A stretch of 61,392 nucleotides of DNA, counting the filler, from Eubacteriales bacterium (GTDB lineage Bacteria; Bacillota; Clostridia; Oscillospirales; CAG-382): NCBI GenBank assembly GCA_045636665.1. It is 4 parts of 4 records of this genome, joined end to end, with 100 filler letters (N's around TTAATTAATTAA, not from the genome) between each part and the next. Parts side by side here need not be neighbours in the genome. Positions count along the whole stretch, not along the records: positions 27,545 to 59,521 come from JAZTXY010000123.1; 3 more parts are not named here. The stretch is one strand, 5' to 3'. Below are positions 40,071-49,612 of the stretch, in pieces (within the stretch, counting starts at the first letter, position 1; every line of letters begins with the position of its first letter). A program made the position numbers and the translations under genes. The notes below the pieces were generated by a model. The model did not search any database. It was given only the letters and a program-made list of their open reading frames with translations, and was not told where the DNA came from.

Positions 40071-40501
40071 ATCTTTTTCTCCATATTAAGCGCATCCTTG
40101 CCCTTATAAAAGCCCTTGCGCCGTCCCGAAACAACAAAATTATGCTTTTCATAAAGCGATATTGCGCCGATATTTCCGTCGGCAACCTCAAGAGTTGCAA
40201 TATCACAACCGTTTTCGCGCGCAACCGAAATGAGCTTAAGCATCAAAGCATCGGCAACGCCGTTTCTGCGGTAATCGGGCAGTACCGCAACGTTCATTAT
40301 CTCTGCCTCGCCCGCTATTGTATACATCGAAGCGATACCGCACATTTCGCCGTCTAAAAAGGCGCAAATATAGGTTGCATAGTGCGGAAGGTCGGAAATT
40401 TGCGCTTCGCTCCAAGCGGTTTCAAGGCAAACGCTTTCGATATATGCGGCGCGCGCAATTTCGCCGTTTCCGTCAATCGCGCGGCAGATAATATCCTTCA
40501 T
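40067..40501 (-). CDS. rimI: Ribosomal protein S18 alanine N-acetyltransferase-like GNAT
   Basis: EAEIMNVAV.P.YRR.G, TLEV...N..AI.LYEK.F and GRRKGFY; coupled to tsaD. Confidence 0.85.
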   Translation of the reverse strand: MKDIICRAIDGNGEIARAAYIESVCLETAWSEAQISDLPHYATYICAFLDGEMCGIASMYTIAGEAEIMNVAVLPDYRRNGVADALMLKLISVARENGCDIATLEVADGNIGAISLYEKHNFVVSGRRKGFYKGKDALNMEKKI

Positions 40502-41166
40502 CAGTCTTCTCCTACCATACGGACGGCAACGTCACGCGGACAGTGAACGGTTTTGCCCATCGCATCGTCACGCAGGAAGTATCTTCCGTTATAGCCGAAG
40601 AAGGAAATGATATAATAAAGTCCGGGGTAATCGGCAGAAAGCATATGCAAATAGAAATGAGTGCCGATGTCGGTATCCTTAATGTTAAGGTCAACCGCTT
40701 CGCCGTCGGTGATGGCATCCTCGATTTGCTTTACGAGCGCGGTTTCGCCCTGAGTGAATTCGTCCTGATTTTCTTCGGGAAGATATTCGGGGTCGGCAAA
40801 AAGGTTGTCGAACTTAACGGTGTTGTTTTTGCTGTAGATAGATGCGGCAATAGCGTTAAATTCCTTTAAATTCGGCTCTTTCACGTCGCTTGCGCGCATA
40901 AGGAAGTAATATCCCTCAATTTCGTAGCAAAGAAAATTCGAGGGCTTTTCAAAATAAACCTCGTAATAAACCGTTTTGGTGTCGCCGTCGGAAACCGAAA
41001 TAAATTCCTCGCCGGGGTCGACGGGGTAAAGTCCCATCGGGGTAACCTCAACGTATTCAATACCCGTATCGGGGTCGATAAAACCGTTTTCGGTCGGCTC
41101 ACCGCCGCCGCACGCAACAAGTAAGAGCGAAGAAACGATAAGTAAAAATGCAATAAATCTTTTCAT
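40501..41166 (-). CDS. Hypothetical lipoprotein
   Basis: MKRFIAFLLIVSSLLLVAC lipobox. Confidence 0.75.
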   Translation of the reverse strand: MKRFIAFLLIVSSLLLVACGGGEPTENGFIDPDTGIEYVEVTPMGLYPVDPGEEFISVSDGDTKTVYYEVYFEKPSNFLCYEIEGYYFLMRASDVKEPNLKEFNAIAASIYSKNNTVKFDNLFADPEYLPEENQDEFTQGETALVKQIEDAITDGEAVDLNIKDTDIGTHFYLHMLSADYPGLYYIISFFGYNGRYFLRDDAMGKTVHCPRDVAVRMVGED

Positions 41167-41168
41167 AA

Positions 41169-41657
41169 TCAATATCCGATCTGTCCCAAGCTGTCGTCGT
41201 TTTCAATCCAATCGGCGACGTTGTAAATAGTGTATTCCTCGCTCGTTTCACGAACGATAACGCGTTCAATACCCGCATTGATAACCAAACGCTTGCACAT
41301 CTGACAGCTTGTAGTGCCCGAAACAAGCTCGCCCGTTTTGCCGTCTATACAAACCATATAAAGGTCGGCGCCGAGCATTCTTTCTCTTGCGGCGGAGATG
41401 ATAGCATTCGCTTCGGCGTGTACCGTGCGGCAAAGCTCGTATCTTTCACCGCGCGGAATGTTCATCTTATCGCGCAGACAAAATTGAAGGTCACAGCAGT
41501 TTGCTCTGCCTCTGGGCGCGCCGTTATAGCCGGTCGAAACGATAACGTCGTCCTTAACGATGACCGCACCGAAATTTTTTCTCAAGCAAGTGCCTCTGCG
41601 TGTAACCGTTTCCGCAATATCAAGATAATAATTGATCTTACTTCTTCTTTGTTCCAT
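41169..41657 (-). CDS. dCMP/cytidine deaminase family protein (ComEB-like)
   Basis: TGYNGAP, HAEANAI and SC..CKR.VINAGI. Confidence 0.92.
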   Translation of the reverse strand: MEQRRSKINYYLDIAETVTRRGTCLRKNFGAVIVKDDVIVSTGYNGAPRGRANCCDLQFCLRDKMNIPRGERYELCRTVHAEANAIISAARERMLGADLYMVCIDGKTGELVSGTTSCQMCKRLVINAGIERVIVRETSEEYTIYNVADWIENDDSLGQIGY

Positions 41658-41720
41658 TTTTTTATATCCTTTATGTAATTTTCATTTTATTATATAATAA
41701 CAGTCAGTAAATTGCAAGGA

Positions 41721-42212
41721 TTAAAGCAAAGCAAAATAAACCAATCGGTCGCTTCCGTCGGGCATATCGCCTTTAAAGGTTTTCGTGTGCATAAAGCCGC
41801 ATTTTTTCATTACGGCGCACATACGCGCGTTGTTGACCGAAACGTCGGCGTACATACGCTTTAAGCCAAGCTTTTCCTTGGCGTATTTTTTTGCAAGCAT
41901 TATCGCCTCGGTGCCAAGCCCCTTGTTGCGGTAGCTTTCGTTTGCAAGGAAAATCGCAAGGTCGCAACGAAGCTCGGAATAAACTATGCGTTCAAAGGTA
42001 AGCTCGCCGATGACCTCGTCGGTTTTCGAAAAAATTCCGACAGTGGGATTCCATTCCTCGCGTTCAACGCTTAAATCGTACCTTTTGTCGATAAGCTCTT
42101 CGTTGTAAACGAAATTCTTATCTCCCTCGGGAACGAATTTGCGCCAAAGCGCGCGCATTTCCTTTTGTGTCATCGTGCGAAGATTAAGGTTCTTTCCGTG
42201 TGTTTCAATCAT
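41721..42212 (-). CDS. GNAT acetyltransferase (RimJ/RimL-like)
   Basis: YRNKGLGTEA and N.RM..V.KKCGF. Confidence 0.85.
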   Translation of the reverse strand: MIETHGKNLNLRTMTQKEMRALWRKFVPEGDKNFVYNEELIDKRYDLSVEREEWNPTVGIFSKTDEVIGELTFERIVYSELRCDLAIFLANESYRNKGLGTEAIMLAKKYAKEKLGLKRMYADVSVNNARMCAVMKKCGFMHTKTFKGDMPDGSDRLVYFALL

Positions 42213-42228
42213 CTTTCAAAATCACCTT

Positions 42229-42813
42229 TCAATGCGCTCTCGTTGTAAATGAGTCAATTTTAGCAATTTCATAATTGGGAAGCTCTTTTATCTCGTGTAT
42301 GATGCTTGTGCCATTGTAGCATTTAACGTGCAAATGCTTGTCTTTAAGCTTTGTGTTAAAGAAAACTCTGCCCGAATTCATGGGCTTTGTTATGGTTTCG
42401 TTGTATTCTTCTATCCTTTTCGGCAACGGGAAGTAATATTTTTTGTTGTCCGCTCCGAACAAGGTCAGTCCGGTAATGATTACATAGCTGCCGTTCTTGC
42501 TTCTCGATTCGGTCGAAAGCTTAACGGCTGTGCATTCGATCTCGACTTTTTCTAAATCCTTACCGCGGGCTTTTTTAAGCTTGCGGTATACCGAAAAGTG
42601 CTTGAAAAACAAATTCAGAAACGCGCCCGCGATGACGCTGAAAACGGCAAAAGTAATAGTTGCAACAATAATTTTATCCTTATTGCCTATGCCCGTAAAG
42701 CACAGGTTTAAAACGATTATTATCGGCATCGGCGCAAACGGTAACGAAAACAAGCCGTAGAGAAGGCATGACTTTTTGACGTTTTTTATCTGCTTTTCGA
42801 TGATTTCGGTCAT
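42229..42813 (-). CDS. Hypothetical membrane protein (2 TM + basic soluble domain)
   Basis: Open ORF in operon context with two N-terminal hydrophobic helices. Confidence 0.65.
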   Translation of the reverse strand: MTEIIEKQIKNVKKSCLLYGLFSLPFAPMPIIIVLNLCFTGIGNKDKIIVATITFAVFSVIAGAFLNLFFKHFSVYRKLKKARGKDLEKVEIECTAVKLSTESRSKNGSYVIITGLTLFGADNKKYYFPLPKRIEEYNETITKPMNSGRVFFNTKLKDKHLHVKCYNGTSIIHEIKELPNYEIAKIDSFTTRAH

Positions 42814-42814
42814 A

Positions 42815-43060
42815 TCAAAACCAACTTTCTTTCATTTCGGTCAAAAACTCTTTTGTGATCTCAAAGCCCGATTTATCGCCGATTACCGAATCGTTACCGC
42901 AAAACGGACAAAGCGCTGTATCGCAATTTTCGTCTATCCAATTTTCAATTCTGCCTTTGTCAAATATTTCAAGACAGTAAAAGCATCCGCATTTTTCGCT
43001 TTTTTCAATTTCGGATTTATTGTTTGTGCAGTGTTCGTGGGCTTTTTTAAAATCGGACAT
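42815..43060 (-). CDS. Small zinc-ribbon-like conserved hypothetical protein
   Basis: AH, CGCFYCL, TALCPFCG.DSVI, L..M...WF; GAGGTG RBS. Confidence 0.8.
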   Translation of the reverse strand: MSDFKKAHEHCTNNKSEIEKSEKCGCFYCLEIFDKGRIENWIDENCDTALCPFCGNDSVIGDKSGFEITKEFLTEMKESWF

Positions 43061-43071
43061 AGCCGCACCTC

Positions 43072-43428
43072 TTAAAGAGTATTTTTTAATTTGCTTTTTG
43101 CAGTCGTTATGGAGGCAATGAGCTTTCTGCGAATTGTTCCCGATTTGTTAGTAAGAGCTTTGTAGGCGCTTTCGTCGATGGCGTTGATCTTAAAAAGAAT
43201 CTCAAACCAATATTCGGTTTCATAGCATTCTTTTAGTGCGATTTCTAATTTGTTTATAAAATCTGCGGTGCTTTGGGCATATTTGGCTTCGTGAGAATTT
43301 GCTCCAATCGAAGAGCAAGCGCGCAACAGTTGATTGATAAAAACGGAACGTCCTTTAATATTGTCGCACAGTACGGTAGTTTCCACGGTCAGTTCGACCG
43401 CTAACTCTTTTATAGTTTTGTCGTTCAT
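43072..43428 (-). CDS. Four-helix-bundle protein (TIGR02436 / 23S rRNA IVP / Avd-like fold)
   Basis: QLLRACSSIGAN..EA..AQS.ADFI.KL.IALKEC.ET.YW; AGGAGG RBS before MNDKT. Confidence 0.9.
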   Translation of the reverse strand: MNDKTIKELAVELTVETTVLCDNIKGRSVFINQLLRACSSIGANSHEAKYAQSTADFINKLEIALKECYETEYWFEILFKINAIDESAYKALTNKSGTIRRKLIASITTAKSKLKNTL

Positions 43429-43441
43429 TGTACGCCTCCTT

Positions 43442-43625
43442 CGCGATATATTCGCTGCAGCAAATGCGATATATTTTGTTTGCAAAATGCGATATAACCT
43501 TCGCATTGCTCGGTTGCGATATGATATAAATCCCTTTGCTTACGTTTTGAAAACGCAAAACATATCGCATCGCAGATATATCGCGCAAACGCATATCGCA
43601 AATCCCGACAGGGATTTATATCGTT
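43442..43625. repeat. Structured GCGATAT repeat array (4 direct + 4 inverted copies with internal hairpins)
   Basis: GCGATAT at 43443, 43466, 43489 and 43516; ATATCG at 43562, 43578, 43593 and 43618; 12-bp IR GATATAAATCCC/GGGATTTATATC. Confidence 0.8.
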
Positions 43626-43629
43626 GAAA

Positions 43630-44763
43630 CTACTGTTTGCGAAGGCAAACAATAGTTTCTATATGCTCGGTAAACGGGAACATATCAACAGGTTGAATCT
43701 TTTTGACCTTATATCCGCCTTTTCTTAAAGTGAAAAGATCGCGCGAGAGGGTTTCGGGATTGCAGGAAACGTACACGACCGTTTTCGGGGAGAGGGCAAG
43801 AAGCGAATCGAGAAATTGCTTGCTGCAGCCTGCGCGCGGCGGGTCGGTAATAACAACGTCGGCGCTTTCGCCCTTTCTTGCGAGGTCTGCCATAAATTCA
43901 CCTGCGTCGCCGTTGATGAATTTTACGTTCTTGATTTTATTAATTTTCGCGTTTTGCATTGCGTCGGCAACCGCGTCGCCGTTCGATTCGACACCCAAAA
44001 CCTCGCGTGCGTTTCTTGCAACCGAAAGACCGATTGTACCGATACCGCAATAAGCGTCGATAACCCGTTCCTTACCCGAAAGGCTTGCAAATTCAATCGC
44101 CTTGGAATAAAGAATTTCGGTTTGCTTGGTGTTGACCTGATAAAAGGATTTCGGGCTTATGCGGAAATAATTCTCCAAAAGCTTGTCGGTAATATATCCG
44201 TCGCCAAAGAGTATTTCGCTCTTCGCACCGAGGAAAAGAGGTGTTTCGGTCGGGTTGATATTCCAAACGACGGTGGTTATATCGGGATGCTTTTTAAGCA
44301 ACGCGGAAACGAAAGCGTCTTTTTTCGGGAACTCGCCCTTTGCGGTCACCAAAACGACCATCGTTTCGTCCGTATTTACGGCACGACGCACCATAACGTG
44401 ACGGAAAAAGCCCTTGCCCGTGTTAAGGTCATACGCCTTTATTCTGAAATCGATGCAAAGGTCCTTGACCGTTTGCACTATCTTGTCGGCATATTCGTCC
44501 TCGAGCAAGCAACAATCGGTTTGCACAACTCTGCGCGTTGCCGACTGATAAATGCCCGAATAAATTCTGCCGCTTCTGAAAGCAAGCGCGTGCGAAACCT
44601 TGTTGCGGTAATGAAACGGCTCTTCCATACCGATAATTTCGTCAACGTGGCAGTATTTTCCTATATATTTGATTATTTTCGACTGTTTAAGCGAAAGCTG
44701 TTCTTCATAATCGAGATTTTGAAGCTGACAGCCGCCGCACTTTTTTGCAATGGAACAGTTCAT
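43630..44763 (-). CDS. rlmD: 23S rRNA m5U methyltransferase RlmD paralogue lacking the TRAM domain
   Basis: CxxxxxCGGC, YRNK, SFYQVN, DAYCGIGTIG, DPPRAG, YVSCNPETL.RD and DMFP.T.HIE. Confidence 0.92.
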   Translation of the reverse strand: MNCSIAKKCGGCQLQNLDYEEQLSLKQSKIIKYIGKYCHVDEIIGMEEPFHYRNKVSHALAFRSGRIYSGIYQSATRRVVQTDCCLLEDEYADKIVQTVKDLCIDFRIKAYDLNTGKGFFRHVMVRRAVNTDETMVVLVTAKGEFPKKDAFVSALLKKHPDITTVVWNINPTETPLFLGAKSEILFGDGYITDKLLENYFRISPKSFYQVNTKQTEILYSKAIEFASLSGKERVIDAYCGIGTIGLSVARNAREVLGVESNGDAVADAMQNAKINKIKNVKFINGDAGEFMADLARKGESADVVITDPPRAGCSKQFLDSLLALSPKTVVYVSCNPETLSRDLFTLRKGGYKVKKIQPVDMFPFTEHIETIVCLRKQ

Positions 44764-44862
44764 GTTTTTGTTTCTCCGAAATTCCTTTTGAATTCATACG
44801 CGCTTTCATACACAGCGCATTTTGATATATTGCCGAAGCTGAATGCTTTGTAGCGGAATTTT

Positions 44863-45894
44863 TCACTCCTGCTTTAAATTAATACGGTTGTTTTTAAGCT
44901 CGCTGTAAAGCATTTTTGCAATATAGTGGGCATTGGCAGAAGATTTTCCCTTTGCGTTACCCAAAACCGCCACACCGATTCGTAACTGTTTATTGAGGAT
45001 AACGGAGGTGCGGAAGGTGCCTACTCCCCCGACGTGCCATAGCTGGTTGGATTTTTTATAGGTATGCCAACCCATGCACATTAAGTGGTTATTGCTTTTA
45101 AGCTCCGAAGCCTCGCATACCGTATGGGCTTTGGCGATATAGGGCTTATCGCTTTCAATCTGCAGTGCGATATATTTAAGAATATCCCCGATATTGCTTA
45201 CCATACCTCCGCCCGCAATATAGGGGTTGTTCCTCTTCCATACCCAGAAGGGTATGACCTTTTTACCTTTTGAGGCGGATGGATTTCTTTTTTCGGGATC
45301 AAGCTCAATAAGGGTTTCTTTAAGCCCCAAATCGTTATTTATAAAATCCTCAAAAAGCGTGGGAAAGGGTGTTTTTGTAACCGCCTCGGCTACTGCGGCA
45401 AGAATTGCCGAGGGAAAGTCGGAATATCCGTACCTCGTCTTGGGCTTAATAAAACGGCGTCGCTCAAGACAATTTATAACTGTTTTTACGGTGCAGCTCT
45501 CATAAGGATTTTTTCGGGCATAGCCGTGGGAGATAAGGGAGGGCAGAGTTACCTCTAACGGTGTCAAATGGTGGTATCCTGCAGTATGGGTTAAAAGCTG
45601 ATATATGGTGGGATACTTTCCCTTTTTAAGAGGCAAGTAGTTATCGATCGTTTTGTTAATATCAAGCCTACTGTCTTCATAAAGCTTCAAAATAAGATGG
45701 GTGGTTACGGTTTTGGATATCGAACCGATATCGTAAAAAAGACGGTTTTCTTCCGCATCTCCGAAAACGTAACATTTTCCGTTTTTATAAAGACCTATTG
45801 TCAGGCGGTTGTGCTCTGACAGGTCGAGATATTTATTTATTTTTTCAGCCAATTTGGAACGAAGTAGGTTTAAATTCACAAAAGCAAACTTCAT
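44863..45894 (-). CDS. Serine hydrolase, beta-lactamase/AmpC-like family
   Basis: IGSISK (SxxK), LLTHTAG, YGYSD and WHVGG. Confidence 0.88.
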   Translation of the reverse strand: MKFAFVNLNLLRSKLAEKINKYLDLSEHNRLTIGLYKNGKCYVFGDAEENRLFYDIGSISKTVTTHLILKLYEDSRLDINKTIDNYLPLKKGKYPTIYQLLTHTAGYHHLTPLEVTLPSLISHGYARKNPYESCTVKTVINCLERRRFIKPKTRYGYSDFPSAILAAVAEAVTKTPFPTLFEDFINNDLGLKETLIELDPEKRNPSASKGKKVIPFWVWKRNNPYIAGGGMVSNIGDILKYIALQIESDKPYIAKAHTVCEASELKSNNHLMCMGWHTYKKSNQLWHVGGVGTFRTSVILNKQLRIGVAVLGNAKGKSSANAHYIAKMLYSELKNNRINLKQE

Positions 45895-45910
45895 AATTGC
45901 GGCCTCTTTG

Positions 45911-47269
45911 TTATTTTGAAGTGACTTGCCGACGTAATAATGTTACCGTTTCGACGTGTCCCGTACGGGGGAATAAATCGAACGGAGTCGCTTCGTTTGC
46001 GGTATAGCCCTTTTCGGCAAATATCGCGCAGTCACGCGCGAGCGTTGCGGGGTCGCAGGAAATATAAACCACCGTTTCGGGCTTCGCCTTTACAACGGTT
46101 TCGATAACCGCCTTGTCAAGTCCCTTTCTCGGAGGGTCGACAATGATAATGTTCGGTCTGCCGAAGCGCTTTTTGCATTCCTCAACACCGACCGAGGCAT
46201 CGCCGCAGACGAAAAGCGTATTTTTTTCGCTTCTGCCGTTAAGAGACGCGTTGATTTTTGCGTTTTCAATGGCGGCATCGATAATTTCAACACCGCAAAG
46301 CTTGTCGTTATCGTTTGCGATGCAAAGTCCGATAGTACCTGCGCCGCAATAAAGGTCGAGTATAATATTGCTATCCTTTTCCGAAGCCGCAAGTGCTTTC
46401 GCGTGGGTATAAAGCTTTTCCGCCATAACCGCGTTTACCTGATAAAAGGCGCGGGGCGAAAGCTCGAAAACCTTACCGCAAAGCGTGTCGGTAAGCGTTT
46501 CTTCACCAAGCAGGCAATAGGTTTCATCACCGAAAATCACGTTGTCGCGTCTTGCGTTGACGTTTATATGCACGCCGATGATTTCCTTAAAGCGCATTGC
46601 GACGGTTTCGGCAAGAAGCTTTAAATTTTTATGCTTTTTTGCAACCACGATGCAAAAAAGAATCCTTCCGTCGCGGTTTTTACGCATTACCGCGTGACGG
46701 AGAATACCGCTTCCGCTTTCCTCGTCGTATGCATTGATCAAAAGCTTGTTTGCCGTTTTTGCGGTGTAATCGGCAATCTCGGTAAACACCTTGTCCTGCA
46801 ACGGGCAATCGTTGTGGGCGATTATGCGGTGCGAATGACGCGCGTAATATCCGAATATTGCGCCGTTTTCGCTTTGCGCAAAGGGATATTGAACCTTGTT
46901 GCGGTATCTTTCGTCGCTGTCAAAAACCGTGTCGTTTACCTTAATGTCCATTTTCGCAATACGGGCAAACGCCTGCTTGACGGTGTTTTTCTTTAATTTA
47001 AGCTCGGCGTCATAGGAAATATGGCGGTATGCACAGCCGCCGCATCTTTTGCAAACCGCGCAATTCGGGTCTATCCTGTCAACAGACGGAGTTTTGATAT
47101 TAACGAGCTTTGCAAAGGAATGGCTTTTCAATTCCTTCATCACAAGGCAGTCGCAAATATCGCCTATTGCCGTATCGGCAACGAAATAAACCTTGCCGTC
47201 GACTCTGCCGACACCGAAGCCCTCGGGCGTGATATCGGTTATTTCAAGTGTTATAATATCGTTTTTCAT
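45911..47269 (-). CDS. rlmD: 23S rRNA m5U methyltransferase RlmD with TRAM domain
   Basis: N-terminal TRAM (EG.GVGR), C...CGGC, AFYQVN, DLYCGAGTIG, DPPRKG, YISCDPATLARD and FPRTGHVE. Confidence 0.93.
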   Translation of the reverse strand: MKNDIITLEITDITPEGFGVGRVDGKVYFVADTAIGDICDCLVMKELKSHSFAKLVNIKTPSVDRIDPNCAVCKRCGGCAYRHISYDAELKLKKNTVKQAFARIAKMDIKVNDTVFDSDERYRNKVQYPFAQSENGAIFGYYARHSHRIIAHNDCPLQDKVFTEIADYTAKTANKLLINAYDEESGSGILRHAVMRKNRDGRILFCIVVAKKHKNLKLLAETVAMRFKEIIGVHINVNARRDNVIFGDETYCLLGEETLTDTLCGKVFELSPRAFYQVNAVMAEKLYTHAKALAASEKDSNIILDLYCGAGTIGLCIANDNDKLCGVEIIDAAIENAKINASLNGRSEKNTLFVCGDASVGVEECKKRFGRPNIIIVDPPRKGLDKAVIETVVKAKPETVVYISCDPATLARDCAIFAEKGYTANEATPFDLFPRTGHVETVTLLRRQVTSK

Positions 47270-48255
47270 TGTTTAACTCGGCTTTCTTTTTCGCCAATGG
47301 CCTTAGGTCTTGTAATCATTTCCAAAAACGGCGATATCACGTTAAGAGCAAGGATTACCAAATAACCCCATTCAAAACCGCCGACGTAGCGGTGAAGCAA
47401 AAACGTAACGCTTCCGCCGACCGCACCGAAGATAATTCTTCCCGACGAGGTCATGGGTATAGTTTGTTTTTCGTTCATTGCAAAAACCGCAAGGAAGCAA
47501 ACCGCCCCCGAAAGAAGCATACTGTAGGCATAATATTCGCTTTCGGCATCGTCGGAGGGGAATGCGAGCGAAAGCAAAAGGATAGGCACCAAAAACGCAA
47601 CAACGCCCTTCCAATCGGCTTCCTTTCTGATGCAAAGCCAGATGAGCGAAATTATCATTGCGGCAACGGCGATTTCACCGATATTGCCGCTTGCAAAGCC
47701 GTAAAGCTGTGCAAACACTCCGTCCTCGTAAACGCTTCCGTCAGCCATATATTGCAACGGCGAAATAACGCGGTAGCTTTCCAAAAGCTTGTCCTCTATC
47801 GAAAGGGAAAACGCGTTGAAATAGGCGAACGGGCGTGTAAACGCGGTCATTTGCGAGGAAAAGCAAAGATGAAGCATCGATGCGGAAAACACAAACGGGT
47901 TAAAAAGCCGTTTTGCGCGGATAACTCTTATGTTTTTGGCGATAACAACGAATAATGCGCCTATTATCGGAACCCAAAGCGAAACCGCGACAGGCATCAT
48001 AAAAGCGGTCAAAACACCGTAAATGCCAGTCATCGGGTCGAAGCAATCGTTACCGTTGCGTTTTAAAAGGAATCGGCGGACAAGGTAATCGAAGCCGACC
48101 GAAAACGAGGCGCAAAGCAAGCAGACGGTAATAGCTCTTGCGCCGAACATATAAACCGACCAAATAAGCACGGGAGCGATTGCGACCAACCATTCCGCCG
48201 CGTGCGAAAATACTGTTTTTTCTGCGTGGGTAAAGGGTGCGGAAATTCTTTTCAT
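47266..48255 (-). CDS. RnfD/NqrB-family membrane protein (divergent)
   Basis: SAP, P...YMFG.RA, FNP, GNIGE, SGAV.FLAVF, P.T..GRIIFG and PFLE.ITRPK. Confidence 0.8.
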   Translation of the reverse strand: MKRISAPFTHAEKTVFSHAAEWLVAIAPVLIWSVYMFGARAITVCLLCASFSVGFDYLVRRFLLKRNGNDCFDPMTGIYGVLTAFMMPVAVSLWVPIIGALFVVIAKNIRVIRAKRLFNPFVFSASMLHLCFSSQMTAFTRPFAYFNAFSLSIEDKLLESYRVISPLQYMADGSVYEDGVFAQLYGFASGNIGEIAVAAMIISLIWLCIRKEADWKGVVAFLVPILLLSLAFPSDDAESEYYAYSMLLSGAVCFLAVFAMNEKQTIPMTSSGRIIFGAVGGSVTFLLHRYVGGFEWGYLVILALNVISPFLEMITRPKAIGEKESRVKQ

Positions 48256-49457
48256 CGTTTCGCCTCCTTGTTGATAAGAGCCAAAAGCGGAATATTGCTC
48301 GGGCAGATATATTCACAAGCGCCGCATCCGATGCAGTATTTGTTCAGCCGCTTGCCGTCGCCCGCAAGCACGTCGCTCGGAAGCAAATTCACGGGGCAGA
48401 CCTCGGCGCATTCACCGCAGGAGATACAGTCGGTGCGTGTTCTTTCCGTCGGCTTTATCGCAATCAGCGCGTGTGTGCTGTCATAAACCGCGCCGGTTAC
48501 CTGCTTGCCCGAAAGAAGACTGTTTTCGGCGAAGAAGCAGCCGTTTTCCAAGCCGCCGCAGATATTCGAAATATCGTGCAGGGTAATGCCGCGCGGTACG
48601 CAAAGATTAGCGCCGTTTTTGATTCCGTCGCCGCAAACCGTAATATATCGGTCGAGCTGGGGCATTCCGCTTAGCATTGAATTGTAAAGCGCAATTGCCG
48701 TTTCGGGCGCGACGATAAGCACACCCTCGTCAAGTGCGGTTTGTCCTTTATTTAATTTCTTGACGTAAAGCGCATACATAAGCGCAAAATCGCCGTAAGG
48801 ATATTTTTCGTCAAGCTGTGCAAGAGCGAATATCTTATCGTCGGTTGCATATTTCGAAATTTCTGCAAAAGCCGCACTGCGGTAATATTCAGCCGCAAAA
48901 ACGCATTTTAACGCGCCGGTCGCCTTTAAAAGAATCTTCGCGCCGCCGACAACGGCTTTTGCCTGCTCGAGTCCCAAGCGGTAGTTTATCGCGCTTGACG
49001 CATCCGATTCGGTACCGTCGATAACAACTCTCGTGCAGTTGCCGTTTATGCTTTCCAAAAGCTTCCAAAGCGGTATGCCCGAGCGAGTGTCGGTAACGGC
49101 GAATTTTTTCGCGCTTGCCTTTATATCCTCAAAGCCAAGCTCGGTAAGCGGACGGCTTTCGGGTTCGAAGTAAGCTTCTTCTCCCTCGCTTCCGTCGGCG
49201 GTGACAACGAAATATTCAACGCCCTCAAGCGCCATTACACCGCGAAAAACACCCGCAATCGGTGAATAAACGGGGGTTTCACCGTTTTTGGCGATAAGAG
49301 TGCCGCGCTTAACTTGGCAGTTGACTGCGCAAATAAGCTCTCGGTCGCTTTCCGCTTTAAGGCAGGTTGCCGAGCAATCGGTAATATATTCTATTTCTTT
49401 TTTGCCGAGGTGCGTGCGTTCAACGGGGCGCGCTCCTCCCGGAAAATCAAGTATCAT
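48252..49457 (-). CDS. RnfC-like protein (divergent) with 2x[4Fe-4S] motifs
   Basis: FPGG, V.RG..IA...PVYSPI.G, KYP.G, ITV.G, CISCGECAEVCP and CIGCGACEYICP. Confidence 0.8.
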   Translation of the reverse strand: MILDFPGGARPVERTHLGKKEIEYITDCSATCLKAESDRELICAVNCQVKRGTLIAKNGETPVYSPIAGVFRGVMALEGVEYFVVTADGSEGEEAYFEPESRPLTELGFEDIKASAKKFAVTDTRSGIPLWKLLESINGNCTRVVIDGTESDASSAINYRLGLEQAKAVVGGAKILLKATGALKCVFAAEYYRSAAFAEISKYATDDKIFALAQLDEKYPYGDFALMYALYVKKLNKGQTALDEGVLIVAPETAIALYNSMLSGMPQLDRYITVCGDGIKNGANLCVPRGITLHDISNICGGLENGCFFAENSLLSGKQVTGAVYDSTHALIAIKPTERTRTDCISCGECAEVCPVNLLPSDVLAGDGKRLNKYCIGCGACEYICPSNIPLLALINKEAKR

Positions 49458-49612
49458 ACGCTCATCTTCCTATAAAATATATTTATTCACATTAAGTATA
49501 ACACATATAATAAAAATTTCAAGTGAAAGTTTTGTAACAACTTCTTGAAAAACATCAAAATATAATGTATAATGGGTAAGACACAGAAAAAATCGGCTGA
49601 AAAGGTGATACT

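Noticed and set aside
43072..43428. Possible diversity-generating retroelement (Avd-like gene)
   Set aside because: No reverse transcriptase and no TR/VR pair with adenine-specific mismatches seen; the 147-nt duplicate at 27545 differs mainly at synonymous sites
43442..43625. Possible CRISPR array
   Set aside because: Repeat core only 7-8 nt, period 15-27 nt, half the copies inverted, and no cas genes nearby
44863..45894. Beta-lactam resistance gene
   Set aside because: SxxK serine-hydrolase fold only, no clear signal peptide, and the family includes many esterases/peptidases; resistance cannot be claimed
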